Source: a virus
Taxonomy: Duplodnaviria; Heunggongvirae; Uroviricota; Caudoviricetes
Strand: one strand, 5' to 3'
Virus record (IMG/VR): IMGVR_UViG_2851955134_000007
Length of the DNA: 16,015 nucleotides
Shown here: positions 1-8,443 of the stretch, piece after piece
Numbering within the stretch: the stretch's first letter is position 1
Layout: the number at the start of each line of letters is the position of its first letter
Notes under the pieces: generated by a model
Database searches by the model: none
What the model was told of the DNA's origin: nothing
Seen by the model: the letters and a program-made list of their open reading frames with translations, nothing else
Made by a program: the position numbers and the translations under genes

Positions 1-1164
1 TTACGCCTTCTTTATATCCTCCATAATTCCAGAGTGGGACATATTTGGGACATTATCACCAAAAATGTCGTCTATTTTCCTCGCATGCTCTGTCAAATGA
101 TTAGGCGCAAGGTGAGCATACCTACGAACCATTTCTATGGACTCCCATCCGCCCATTTCCTGAAGCACTGATAATGGGACGCCTGACTGAATCAGCCAGC
201 TTGCCCAGGTGTGTCTGAGGTCATGGAAACGGAAATCTTCAATTCCTGCACGACGACAAGCTGATAGCCATGATGTCTTGCTGTCGATGCGCATCTTCCT
301 GACCGCAGGCGTTGATGTTCCATCTGCTCGCTTAGCCGCCTTGGTATGTACAAACACCCATTTGTGATGCTTGCCTATTTGATCACGCAACACTTTACAG
401 GCGGTATCGTTCAGCGCCACACCAATGGCGCGGTTTGATTTGCTCTCTTCTGGATTCACCCAGGCAACTCGTCGCTGCATGTCGATTTGTTGCCATTCCA
501 GATTTATGATGTTCGACTTTCTCAGACCAGTTGCCAGCGCAAACTTGACGACAGATTTCAGTGGTTCGGGGCACTCATCAATAAGGCGTTTTGCTTCCTC
601 CTTTTCCAGCCATCTGACTCGCTTGTTTCTGACCGCTGGTATCTTGATGACAGGCGCTTTTTCCAGCCACTTCCAGTCGCGTTCTGCAGCACGGAGAATG
701 GCCTTTATCATGGCAAGATGCTTTGCCTTTGTCTGAGTTGATACTGGCTTTGGTTCATAAACAGGCGGTTCTTTACCTTTCCTGATGGCGGCCTGAACTT
801 TCTGTTTCCATATTTCTTTCGTCTTTCTGTTATGCATTCTGCTTACAGCAGAGTAAATCTTTGCCTCCGAGATATCTTTAAGCCTTATACCCTCAAAATG
901 TTCAAGCCAGAACTCAATCCGGCTTTTATCTGAATCGAGAGATTTTTTATCAGCTTTTTCCTCAAGCCATCTTAGGCAGGCCTCTTCAAAAGTGACATCA
1001 GGTAAATCCCCTAGCTTTTCTACTCGCCAGAGTTCTGCTTTTCGCTTGTCGTGCAACTCCTGAGCTTGCCGCTTGTCCTTTGTGCCAAGAGATTCCTTAA
1101 TTCGTTTCCCGCCCGGGAGCGAATACGAGGCATACCATATTTTATTTCTGCGGAAGAGTGACAT
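1..1164 (-). CDS. int: Tyrosine-type phage integrase, 387 aa, lambdoid (phage 21 / DLP12 IntD-like)
   Basis: Complete ORF with GAGG Shine-Dalgarno upstream of the ATG at 1164. C-terminal catalytic motifs [10 protein letters not shown] and VRRYAHL (catalytic Tyr). N-terminal arm-binding region resembles lambdoid integrases as recalled. Stop codon sits at window positions 1-3. Confidence 0.9.
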   Translation of the reverse strand: MSLFRRNKIWYASYSLPGGKRIKESLGTKDKRQAQELHDKRKAELWRVEKLGDLPDVTFEEACLRWLEEKADKKSLDSDKSRIEFWLEHFEGIRLKDISEAKIYSAVSRMHNRKTKEIWKQKVQAAIRKGKEPPVYEPKPVSTQTKAKHLAMIKAILRAAERDWKWLEKAPVIKIPAVRNKRVRWLEKEEAKRLIDECPEPLKSVVKFALATGLRKSNIINLEWQQIDMQRRVAWVNPEESKSNRAIGVALNDTACKVLRDQIGKHHKWVFVHTKAAKRADGTSTPAVRKMRIDSKTSWLSACRRAGIEDFRFHDLRHTWASWLIQSGVPLSVLQEMGGWESIEMVRRYAHLAPNHLTEHARKIDDIFGDNVPNMSHSGIMEDIKKA

Positions 1165-1391
1165 TTTCTTTCCTCTGTTATGCCATCACCCGCGCTCACC
1201 TGGACAGTATGCAGCGGAGACTGAAGCGCCGCAATGCAGGCTTGCCGTGTTGTGAGGTAAGGAGATTTTGGCTTGGTTGGATCTTTACGTGTTGCCTGTA
1301 GGCGGCCTGTTCGTATCCAGTTGGTGGCGGTTGGTCTGGATATCTTAAGAAACTGACAGGCCTCATCGAGTGTGAGGCTGTATGATTCCAT
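1020..1391 (-). CDS. xis: Excisionase-like HTH protein (AlpA/Xis family); 3-prime end uncertain
   Basis: ATG at 1391 preceded by GAGG at 5 nt spacing. N-terminal HTH-like segment [24 protein letters not shown]. The ORF runs 145 nt into int, which is unusually long, so the C-terminal extension may not be real. Confidence 0.55.
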   Translation of the reverse strand: MESYSLTLDEACQFLKISRPTATNWIRTGRLQATRKDPTKPKSPYLTTRQACIAALQSPLHTVQVSAGDGITEERKCHSSAEIKYGMPRIRSRAGNELRNLLAQRTSGKLRSCTTSEKQNSGE

Positions 1392-1641
1392 GGTTACCTC
1401 TGCTTTTTGAACGCATGTCACGTAACTTCTTAATGTGTTCTGCCGTTTCGATCTCTTCTGCTATCCGATCTGCATCAGCTTTATTCACAGGTTCAAAGTC
1501 ATGATTAAAGCGGAACATGCTGGCGATACATGTTCTGCCTTTTCGGATGTAGTGAACTTTGTTGTGGGTAGAACGCAGGATTTTGCAGGGAGTGCCGTGG
1601 TGGTCGACGTACCAGGTGTTAGGCAAAATGATTCTGAACAT
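1363..1641 (-). CDS. Hypothetical prophage early-left protein, 92 aa
   Basis: ORF with good RBS (GAGGTG about 6 nt upstream of the ATG at 1641); overlaps the xis start by 29 nt. No family recognised. Confidence 0.5.
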   Translation of the reverse strand: MFRIILPNTWYVDHHGTPCKILRSTHNKVHYIRKGRTCIASMFRFNHDFEPVNKADADRIAEEIETAEHIKKLRDMRSKSRGNHGIIQPHTR

Positions 1642-1688
1642 TTTTACACCTCAGTTGGACGATGTTGAAATTTGCTGCTTTGAGGCCA

Positions 1689-1907
1689 TCACAATCCCCA
1701 TTGTTTGTTCTTAAGTTCGATCTCCTCCTGGCAGCTTGCACAAGTCCGACAACCCTGAACGGCCAGGCGTCTTCGTTCATCTATGGGATCGCCACACTCA
1801 CAACAATGAGTGGCAGATATAACCTGGTGGTTCAGACGACGCATTTTTATTGCTGTATTGCGCTGTAATTCTTCGATTTCTGATGCTGAATCAATGATGT
1901 CTGCCAT
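1689..1907 (-). CDS. Small zinc-ribbon protein, TraR/DksA-like C4 type, 72 aa
   Basis: Two CxxC pairs (C-C-E-C and C-R-T-C, about 14 residues apart) in a 72 aa ORF, as in phage TraR/DksA-family proteins. Confidence 0.6.
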   Translation of the reverse strand: MADIIDSASEIEELQRNTAIKMRRLNHQVISATHCCECGDPIDERRRLAVQGCRTCASCQEEIELKNKQWGL

Positions 1908-1957
1908 CTTCCATTAATCCCTGAATTGTTGGTTAATACGCTTGAGGGTGAATGCGA

Positions 1958-1985
1958 ATAATAAAAAAGGAGCCTGTAGCTCCCT
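1958..1985 (-). terminator. Intrinsic terminator candidate for leftward transcription
   Basis: Minus-strand hairpin GGAGC-loop-GCTCC (1969-1983) followed by a T run (plus-strand A run 1963-1968). Lies between the 71 aa ORF stop and the zinc-ribbon gene start. Confidence 0.45.
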
Positions 1986-2005
1986 GATGATTTTGCTTTT
2001 CATGT

Positions 2006-2221
2006 TCATCGCTCCTTAAAGACGCCGTTTAACATGCCGATCGCCAGGCTTAAATGAGTCGGTGTGAATCCCATCAGCGTTACCGTTTCGCGGTGCTTCT
2101 TCAGTACGCTACGGCAAATGTCATCGACGTTTTTATCCGGAAACTGCTGTCTGGCTTTTTTGATTTCAGAATTAGCCTGACGGGCTATGCTGCGAAGGGC
2201 GTTTTCCTGCTGAGGTGTCAT
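2006..2221 (-). CDS. Hypothetical protein, 71 aa (MTPQQENALRSIARQ...)
   Basis: Start chosen at the ATG at 2221, which overlaps the stop of an upstream 27 aa ORF (ATGA). The 104 aa extension in the ORF track has no RBS support. Confidence 0.45.
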   Translation of the reverse strand: MTPQQENALRSIARQANSEIKKARQQFPDKNVDDICRSVLKKHRETVTLMGFTPTHLSLAIGMLNGVFKER

Positions 2222-2301
2222 TGAACAAGTCCCATGTCGGCAAGCATAAGCACACAGAATATGAAGCCCGCTGCCAGAAAAATGCATTCCGTGGTTGTCA
2301 T
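2218..2301 (-). CDS. Putative small hydrophobic peptide, 27 aa (MTTTECIFLAAGFIFCVLMLADMGLVQ)
   Basis: Below the ORF-track size cutoff; found by reading the strand. GGAGG about 4 nt upstream of the ATG. Hydrophobic core long enough for one transmembrane helix. Stop overlaps the start of the 71 aa ORF. Confidence 0.3.
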   Translation of the reverse strand: MTTTECIFLAAGFIFCVLMLADMGLVQ

Positions 2302-2369
2302 GCAGCCTCCCGACGGGCAAGAATCCTTGAGCCGAACGCCATCAACTCTCCACGATCAACGGTCGTAAA

Positions 2370-2993
2370 GTGGCAGTGTGTACGGGGGTACAGCAGGTAG
2401 CGCAGATCATCAACGGTGTGTTCAGCCAGTTACTGGCAACTTTCCCGGCGAGCCTGGCTAACCGTGACCAGAACGAAGTGAACGAAATCCGTCGCCAGTG
2501 GGTTCTGGCTTTTCGGGAAAACGGGATCACCACGATGGAACAGGTTAACGCAGGAATGCGCGTAGCCCGTCGGCAGAATCGACCATTTCTGCCATCACCC
2601 GGGCAGTTTGTTGCATGGTGCCGGGAAGAAGCATCCGTTATCGCCGGACTGCCAAACGTCAGCGAGCTGGTTGATATGGTTTACGAGTATTGCCGGAAGC
2701 GAGGCCTGTATCCGGATGCGGAGTCTTATCCGTGGAAATCAAACGCGCACTACTGGCTGGTTACCAACCTGTATCAGAACATGCGGGCCAATGCGCTTAC
2801 TGATGCGGAATTACGCCGTAAGGCCGCAGATGAGCTTGTCCATATGACTGCGAGAATTAACCGTGGTGAGGCGATCCCTGAACCAGTAAAACAACTTCCT
2901 GTCATGGGCGGTAGACCTCTAAATCGTGCACAGGCTCTGGCGAAGATCTCAGAAATCAAAGCTAAGTTCGGACTAAAAGGAGCAAGTGTATGA
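2370..2993 (+). pseudogene. P: Replication protein P, C-terminal fragment (about 200 aa); N-terminus deleted
   Basis: From about 2385 (VQQVAQIINGVFSQLLATFPASLANRDQNEVNEIRRQWVLAFRENG...) the translation matches the C-terminal part of lambda P as recalled. Upstream sequence is unrelated and the only in-frame start is a GTG without RBS. Confidence 0.85.
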
Positions 2994-3280
2994 CGGGCAA
3001 AGAGGCAATTATTCATTACCTGGGGACGCATAATAGCTTCTGTGCGCCGGACGTTGCCGCGCTAACAGGCGCAACAGTAACCAGCATAAATCAGGCCGCG
3101 GCTAAAATGGCACGGGCAGGTCTTCTGGTTATCGAAGGTAAGGTCTGGCGAACGGTGTATTACCGGTTTGCTACTAGGGAAGAACGGGAAGGAAAGATGA
3201 GCACGAACCTGATTTTTAAGGAGTGTCGCCAGAGTGCCGCGATGAAACGGGTATTGGCGGTATATGGAGTTAAAAGATGA
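2990..3280 (+). CDS. ren: Ren protein, 96 aa
   Basis: MTGKEAIIHYLGTHNSFCAPDVAALTGATVTS... matches lambda Ren as recalled. ATG overlaps the P stop (ATGA). Confidence 0.85.
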   Translation: MTGKEAIIHYLGTHNSFCAPDVAALTGATVTSINQAAAKMARAGLLVIEGKVWRTVYYRFATREEREGKMSTNLIFKECRQSAAMKRVLAVYGVKR

Positions 3281-3305
3281 CCATCTACATTACTGAGCTA
3301 ATAAC

Positions 3306-3337
3306 AGGCCTGCTGGTAATCGCAGGCCTTTTTATTT
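3306..3337 (+). terminator. Rho-independent terminator, tR2-like
   Basis: Stem AGGCCTGC (3306-3313) / GCAGGCCT (3322-3329) with 8-nt loop, followed by TTTTTATTT. Same position (between ren and ninB) as lambda tR2. Confidence 0.7.
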
Positions 3338-3353
3338 GGGGGAGAGGGAAGTC

Positions 3354-3794
3354 ATGAAAAAACTAACCTTTGAAATTCGATCTCCAGCACATCAGCAAAA
3401 CGCTATTCACGCAGTACAGCAAATCCTTCCAGACCCAACCAAACCAATCGTAGTAACCATTCAGGAACGCAACCGCAGCTTAGACCAAAACAGGAAGCTA
3501 TGGGCCTGCTTAGGTGACGTCTCTCGTCAGGTTGAATGGCATGGTCGCTGGCTGGATGCAGAAAGCTGGAAGTGTGTGTTTACCGCAGCATTAAAGCAGC
3601 AGGATGTTGTTCCTAACCTTGCCGGGAATGGCTTTGTGGTAATAGGCCAGTCAACCAGCAGGATGCGTGTAGGCGAATTTGCGGAGCTATTAGAGCTTAT
3701 ACAGGCATTCGGTACAGAGCGTGGCGTTAAGTGGTCAGACGAAGCGAGACTGGCTCTGGAGTGGAAAGCGAGATGGGGAGATCGGGCTGCATGA
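3354..3794 (+). CDS. ninB: NinB (recombination mediator, Orf family), 146 aa
   Basis: MKKLTFEIRSPAHQQNAIHAVQQILPDPTKPIVVTIQERNRSLDQNRKLW... recognised as lambda NinB. GGGAGAGGGAAG RBS upstream. Confidence 0.9.
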   Translation: MKKLTFEIRSPAHQQNAIHAVQQILPDPTKPIVVTIQERNRSLDQNRKLWACLGDVSRQVEWHGRWLDAESWKCVFTAALKQQDVVPNLAGNGFVVIGQSTSRMRVGEFAELLELIQAFGTERGVKWSDEARLALEWKARWGDRAA

Positions 3795-4318
3795 CTATCA
3801 AATCAAATACGCCAGCACACGACAAGGACTGCTGGCAAACGCCGCTTTGGCTTTTTGATGCACTGGATATTGAGTTTGGATTCTGGCTGGATTCGGCAGC
3901 GAGCGACAAAAATGCTCTGTGTGCTCACTGGCTAACTGAGGCCGACGACGCGCTCAATTCTGAGTGGGTAAGCCACGGTGCAATCTGGAATAACCCACCG
4001 TACAGCAATATCAGGCCGTGGGTGGAAAAAGCCGCTGAGCAGTGCATACAACAGCGACAGACGGTAGTTATGCTTGTGCCAGAGGATATGTCAGTCGGAT
4101 GGTTCAGCAAGGCTCTGGAGAGTGTCGACGAAGTTCGCATTATCACTGATGGACGGATTAATTTTATCGAACCATCGACAGGGTTGGAGAAGAAGGGAAA
4201 CAGCAAAGGCTCCATGCTGCTGATTTGGCGACCGTTCATCAGTCCTCGACGGATGTTTACTACCGTATCCAAAGCGGCATTGATGGCGATCGGGCAGGGC
4301 GTCAGGAGGGCGGCATGA
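3791..4318 (+). CDS. Orphan DNA N6-adenine methyltransferase (phage Dam-like), about 175 aa
   Basis: [13 protein letters not shown] motif and the catalytic NPPY tetrapeptide (AIWNNPPYS). ATG overlaps the ninB stop (ATGA). No restriction endonuclease gene adjacent. Confidence 0.8.
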   Translation: MTIKSNTPAHDKDCWQTPLWLFDALDIEFGFWLDSAASDKNALCAHWLTEADDALNSEWVSHGAIWNNPPYSNIRPWVEKAAEQCIQQRQTVVMLVPEDMSVGWFSKALESVDEVRIITDGRINFIEPSTGLEKKGNSKGSMLLIWRPFISPRRMFTTVSKAALMAIGQGVRRAA

Positions 4319-4491
4319 GGCGACAGCGACGAAGTTTCACCGACATCATCTGCGAAAACTGCAAATACCTTCCAACGAAACGCTCCAGAAATAAACGCAA
4401 GCCAATCCCAAAAGAATCTGACGTAAAAACCTTCAATTACACAGCTCACCTGTGGGATATCCGGTGGCTAAGATATCGTGCGAGGAAATGA
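4315..4491 (+). CDS. ninE: NinE, 58 aa
   Basis: [58 protein letters not shown] matches lambdoid NinE as recalled. GGAGGG RBS; ATG overlaps the methyltransferase stop. Confidence 0.8.
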   Translation: MRRQRRSFTDIICENCKYLPTKRSRNKRKPIPKESDVKTFNYTAHLWDIRWLRYRARK

Positions 4492-4493
4492 CA

Positions 4494-4835
4494 ATGGATT
4501 ATTCACAGTTAAGTGATTTTGAAATTAACAGAATGGTAGGAGACATAATTTTTAAAGGCCTTTGGGCAAGTAAACCGGAAACATCAGGGAATAACATCAA
4601 CAAATGGTATTACGGAAATGCTGATACAACTTTTGAGCCATTAAATCATTTGCCTGACTACTGCAATGATCCGAGCGCTTCATGGCCGATTATTGAGAAA
4701 TACAGGATTTCTATCTTAGACCAGTTAACTGAATGGTGTGTGGATGCAAAAGGCGTAAGCCCAATATTTGATACCAGACCTCTCCGCGCCGCCATGATTG
4801 TCTTTCTCCTGATGCAGGAGGCCAATAATGCTTAG
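4494..4835 (+). CDS. Hypothetical nin-region protein, 113 aa ([22 protein letters not shown]...)
   Basis: ORF directly after ninE. Start taken at the second ATG (4494), 8 nt after GAGG; an alternative ATG at 4488 overlaps the ninE stop. No family recognised. Confidence 0.55.
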   Translation: MDYSQLSDFEINRMVGDIIFKGLWASKPETSGNNINKWYYGNADTTFEPLNHLPDYCNDPSASWPIIEKYRISILDQLTEWCVDAKGVSPIFDTRPLRAAMIVFLLMQEANNA

Positions 4836-5022
4836 CCCATCTCAATCCCTTCAATACCTGAAAGGAAGCATAGAGCGGGCTTCAATGAGCACAGAGTGGA
4901 TTCTATCTAGGTTTAGCGCATACAGAAGATTGCCGGTAAAGGGCATGCCAAGCAAGTCGATGCTGCATATGCAAAAGAATGCGCGCTGGAAGGTATGGCG
5001 AAAACACAGGTTATGTGGCTGA
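4828..5022 (+). CDS. Hypothetical small basic protein, 64 aa
   Basis: GGAGG 6 nt upstream of the ATG; start overlaps the stop of the preceding ORF. No motif recognised. Confidence 0.4.
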   Translation: MLSPSQSLQYLKGSIERASMSTEWILSRFSAYRRLPVKGMPSKSMLHMQKNARWKVWRKHRLCG

Positions 5023-5041
5023 AAGAGGGGATTATTAAGGC

Positions 5042-5404
5042 GTGAATACCTACAGCATCACATTACCCTGGCCTCCGAGCAATAATCGCTATTACCGCCA
5101 TAATCGCGGGCGCACGCACGTCAGCGCAGAGGGGCAGGCATACCGCGATAACGTCGCCAGAATCATTAAAAACGCAATGCTGGATATCGGCCTGGCTATC
5201 CCTGTGAAAATCCGCATTGAGTGCCACATGCCGGATCGCCGTCGCCGTGACCTGGATAATCTGCAAAAAGCCGCTTTTGACGCACTCACTAAAGCAGGTT
5301 TCTGGCTGGATGATGCTCAGGTCGTTGATTACCGCGTTGTGAAGATGCCTGTTACCAAAGGTGGGAGGCTGGAACTGACCATCACCGAAATGGGGAATGA
5401 ATGA
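5042..5404 (+). CDS. rusA: RusA Holliday-junction resolvase, 120 aa
   Basis: [42 protein letters not shown]... recognised as E. coli DLP12 RusA. GTG start. Confidence 0.9.
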   Translation: MNTYSITLPWPPSNNRYYRHNRGRTHVSAEGQAYRDNVARIIKNAMLDIGLAIPVKIRIECHMPDRRRRDLDNLQKAAFDALTKAGFWLDDAQVVDYRVVKMPVTKGGRLELTITEMGNE

Positions 5405-5541
5405 TGTTTGAGTTTAATATGGCAGAACTTCTTCGCCACCGCTGGATGCGCCTGCGCTTATATCGTTTCCCCAGTTCTGTTTTGACCGATTACCGAATAC
5501 TGAGGAATTACGCCAAAACCCTGACAGGAGCAGGAGTATGA
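5401..5541 (+). CDS. ylcG: Small protein YlcG-like, 46 aa
   Basis: [49 protein letters not shown], read manually. Start overlaps the rusA stop; same position as ylcG in DLP12 as recalled. Confidence 0.55.
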   Translation: MMFEFNMAELLRHRWMRLRLYRFPSSVLTDYRILRNYAKTLTGAGV

Positions 5542-5626
5542 AGTCAGAGATAACAATCAACTAATACTGTTTTATTGATTTTTGCTTGTAATTGGCGTTC
5601 TGGTCTGATTTTTGTGGAGTAAGTTG

Positions 5627-6010
5627 ATGCGTGATATTCAGATGGTTCTTGAGCGTTGGGGAGCGTGGGCGGCTAATAATCATGAAGATGTGACCTGGTC
5701 GTCCATTGCCGCCGGTTTTAAGGGATTAATTACTTCAAAAGTAAAATCTCGCCCGCAATGTTGTGACGATGACGCGATGATCATTTGCGGGTGCATGGCC
5801 CGTCTGAAAAAGAACAACAGCGATTTGCACGATTTATTAGTAGATTATTATGTAGTCGGTATGACATTCATGTCACTGGCAGGTAAGCATTGCTGCTCTG
5901 ATGGTTATATCGGGAAAAGGTTACAGAAGGCTGAGGGCATAATTGAAGGGATGTTAATGGCATTAGATATCCGGTTAGAGATGGATATCGTTGTTAATAA
6001 CTCTAATTAA
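5627..6010 (+). CDS. quuD: Late-gene antiterminator Q, phage-82 type, 127 aa
   Basis: [33 protein letters not shown]... with Cys clusters [13 protein letters not shown] and KHCCSDG. Recognised as DLP12 QuuD. The ORF-track start at 5612 is an upstream extension. Confidence 0.85.
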   Translation: MRDIQMVLERWGAWAANNHEDVTWSSIAAGFKGLITSKVKSRPQCCDDDAMIICGCMARLKKNNSDLHDLLVDYYVVGMTFMSLAGKHCCSDGYIGKRLQKAEGIIEGMLMALDIRLEMDIVVNNSN

Positions 6011-6043
6011 TATGCCAATTGTTTACTAAAAATTATTAAAAAT

Positions 6044-6190
6044 GGGGCGTTGAGACGCCCCCAAAAATAAAGGGTAATATATAACAGAAGGTTTATATAG
6101 TTAGAAGCAAGGTTGTGCTTCTAAAGGAAGTGGCTTGAGGGAGCCACTTATATGTTGGGGAGGCAAAGCCTCCCGCAACATATCTTTTTC
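6044..6190 (+). promoter_or_regulatory. Late-promoter / terminator region between Q and convergent nmpC
   Basis: Four inverted repeats: GGGGCGT-TGAG-ACGCCCC (6044-6061), GAAGCA-AGGTTG-TGCTTC (about 6104-6125), AAGTGGCT-TGAGGG-AGCCACTT (about 6128-6149) and a 34-nt near-palindrome (6150-6183) followed by CTTTTTC. Candidate -35 TTGAGA (6050-6055) and -10 TAATAT (6075-6080), spacing not optimal. Confidence 0.4.
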
Positions 6191-6199
6191 GTAATCAGA

Positions 6200-7160
6200 T
6201 TAGAACTGATACACCAGACCTACAGCGACGATGTCGTCGGTATCAATACCAGCTGTTTTGGTAAACTTACTATCGTCAATTAAGTTGATTTTGTAATCAA
6301 CAAAAGTGGACATGTTTTTATTAAAGTAGTAAGTAGCACCGACATCGACATACTTGACTAAGTCTCGGTCACCATGAACACCAAGGTCTTTACCTTTTGA
6401 CTGAAGGTAAGCAACAGATGGTCGCAGACCGAAGTCAAACTGATATTGTGCTACTGCTTCAAAGTTTTGTGCTTTGTTTGCAATATGGTTATTACCAAAA
6501 ACGGTCATATTCTGAGTTTCAGAATATGTGGTAGCCAGATAGATATTGTTCGCATCATATTTCAGGCCTGCAGCCCATACTTCCGCATTTTTGCCGGAGG
6601 CATTGAATTTGCTCTTACCATAGGCGACCTGACCGTCAGTGCGATCTGATTTAGCATAGGTTGCACCCACGCCGAATCCTTCATACTCATAAGTAGTGGA
6701 GAAACCGAAACCATCACCATTGGCTTCAGTTACGTCAGTGCGGTCATTTTTACCCTGATACTGAGCAGCAAAGTTCAGGCCATCGACCAGACCAAAGAAG
6801 TCGTTGTTACGATAGGTTGCAACACCAGTGGTGCGACCAGTCATGAACACATCTGTTTGGGTCCAGGTATCGCCACCGAATTCTGGCAGAACGTCAGTCC
6901 ACGCACCGATGTCGTATGCTACACCGTAGTTACGGCCGTAATCGATTGAGCCGTAGTCACCGAATTTCAGGCCTGCAAATGCAAGACGGGTTTTGTCTTT
7001 GGAGGAACCTTGAGATTCAGCGCGGTTGCCTTTGAATTCATATTCCCACTGACCGAAACCAGTCAGTTGATCGTTGATTTGGGTTTCACCTTTGAAGCCA
7101 AGACGGGCATAAGTAGTATCACCATCATCTGCATCGTTAGATGAAAAGTAGTGCTTGGCA
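6200..7160 (-). pseudogene. nmpC: Porin NmpC (OmpC/OmpD family), 3-prime portion from codon 44 to stop, cut off by IS10
   Basis: Translation ...[42 protein letters not shown]... to C-terminal ...VGLVYQF (terminal Phe typical of outer-membrane beta-barrels). The MRGSLSA start in the ORF track is read-through from the IS10 end, not a real start. Confidence 0.9.
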
Positions 7161-7173
7161 CTGAGAGATCCCC

Positions 7174-8382
7174 TCATAATTTCCCCAAAACGTAACCATG
7201 TGTGAATAGATTTTGAGTAAGCAGGGTTGCAGCCACGAGTGAGTCTTCCCTTGTTATTGTGTAGCCAGAATGCCGCAAAACTTCCATGCCTAAGCGAACT
7301 GTTGAGAGTACGTTTCGATTTCTGACTGTGTTAGCCTGGAAGTGCTTGTCCCAACCTTGTTTCTGAGCATGAACGCCCGCAAGCCAACATGTTAGTTGAA
7401 GCATCAGGGCGATTAGCAGCATGATATCAAAACGCTCTGAGCTGCTCGTTCGGCTATGGCGTAGGCCTAGTCCGTAGGCAGGACTTTTCAAGTCTCGGAA
7501 GGTTTCTTCAATCTGCATTCGCTTCGAATAGATATTAACAAGTTGTTTGGGTGTTCGAATTTCAACAGGTAAGTTAGTTGCTAGAATCCATGGCTCCTTT
7601 GCCGACGCTGAGTAGATTTTAGGTGACGGGTGGTGACAATGAGTCCGTGTCGAGCGCTGATTTTTTCGGCCTTTAGAGCGAGATTTATACAATAGAATTT
7701 GGCATGAGATTGGATTGCTTTTAGTCAGCCTCTTATAGCCTAAAGTCTTTGAGTGACTAGATGACATATCATGTAAGTTGCTGATAGGTTTCCAGTTTTC
7801 CGCTCCTAGGTCTGCATATTGTACTTTTCCTCTTACTCGACTTAACCAGTACCAACCCAGCTTCTCAACGGATTTATACCATGGCACTTTAAAGCCAGCA
7901 TCACTGACAATGAGCGGTGTGGTGTTACTCGGTAGAATGCTCGCAAGGTCGGCTAGAAATTGGTCATGAGCTTTCTTTGAACATTGCTCTGAAAGCGGGA
8001 ACGCTTTCTCATAAAGAGTAACAGAACGACCGTGTAGTGCGACTGAAGCTCGCAATACCATAAGCCGTTTTTGCTCACGGATATCAGACCAGTCAACAAG
8101 TACAATGGGCATCGTATTGCCCGAACAGATAAAGCTAGCATGCCAACGGTATACAGCGAGTCGCTCTTTGTGGAGGTGACGATTACCTAACAATCGGTCG
8201 ATTCGTTTGATGTTATGTTTTGTTCTCGCTTTGGTTGGCAGGTTACGGCCAAGTTCGGTAAGAGTGAGAGTTTTACAGTCAAGTAAGGCGTGGCAAGCCA
8301 ACGTTAAGCTGTTGAGTCGTTTTAAGTGTAATTCGGGGCAGAATTGGTAAAGAGAGTCGTGTAAAATATCGAGTTCGCACAT
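7174..8382 (-). CDS. tnp: IS10 transposase, 402 aa
   Basis: [71 protein letters not shown]... recognised as IS10/Tn10 transposase. Start 108 bp from the outside end, as in IS10. Confidence 0.95.
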   Translation of the reverse strand: MCELDILHDSLYQFCPELHLKRLNSLTLACHALLDCKTLTLTELGRNLPTKARTKHNIKRIDRLLGNRHLHKERLAVYRWHASFICSGNTMPIVLVDWSDIREQKRLMVLRASVALHGRSVTLYEKAFPLSEQCSKKAHDQFLADLASILPSNTTPLIVSDAGFKVPWYKSVEKLGWYWLSRVRGKVQYADLGAENWKPISNLHDMSSSHSKTLGYKRLTKSNPISCQILLYKSRSKGRKNQRSTRTHCHHPSPKIYSASAKEPWILATNLPVEIRTPKQLVNIYSKRMQIEETFRDLKSPAYGLGLRHSRTSSSERFDIMLLIALMLQLTCWLAGVHAQKQGWDKHFQANTVRNRNVLSTVRLGMEVLRHSGYTITREDSLVAATLLTQNLFTHGYVLGKL

Positions 8383-8443
8383 TTTGTTGTCTGATTATTG
8401 ATTTTTGGCGAAACCATTTGATCATATGACAAGATGTGTATCT
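8375..8443 (+). ncRNA. IS10 RNA-OUT antisense RNA (position by analogy with canonical IS10)
   Basis: Region antisense to the transposase 5-prime end; sequence TCGCACATTTTGTTGTCTGATTATTGATTTTTGGCGAAACCATTTGATCATATGACAAG resembles RNA-OUT as recalled and contains the Dam GATC site. Exact ends not determined from sequence. Confidence 0.45.

Noticed and set aside
425-741. Plus-strand ORFs of 103 and 84 aa inside the integrase gene
   Set aside because: Antisense to a well-supported integrase, no RBS, low-complexity translations; shadow ORFs.
2006-2320. 104 aa version of the minus-strand ORF starting at 2320
   Set aside because: The N-terminal 33 codons overlap the better-supported 27-codon ORF in another frame and lack an RBS. 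The internal ATG at 2221 with stop/start coupling is the more plausible start.
2215-2400. Plus-strand 61 aa ORF spanning the deletion junction
   Set aside because: Runs antisense across two minus-strand ORFs and the scar, no RBS; looks like chance.
3925-4449. Minus-strand 174 aa ORF opposite the methyltransferase and ninE
   Set aside because: Antisense to two recognisable genes with no translation signals; shadow ORF.
6200-7177. ORF-track porin start MRGSLSA at 7177
   Set aside because: These first codons lie inside the IS10 inside end; the real porin N-terminus is on the other side of IS10 at 8490-8620.
7540-7570. tRNA-like GGTGTTCGAAT motif
   Set aside because: Lies inside the IS10 transposase coding sequence and lacks the surrounding cloverleaf complementarity.
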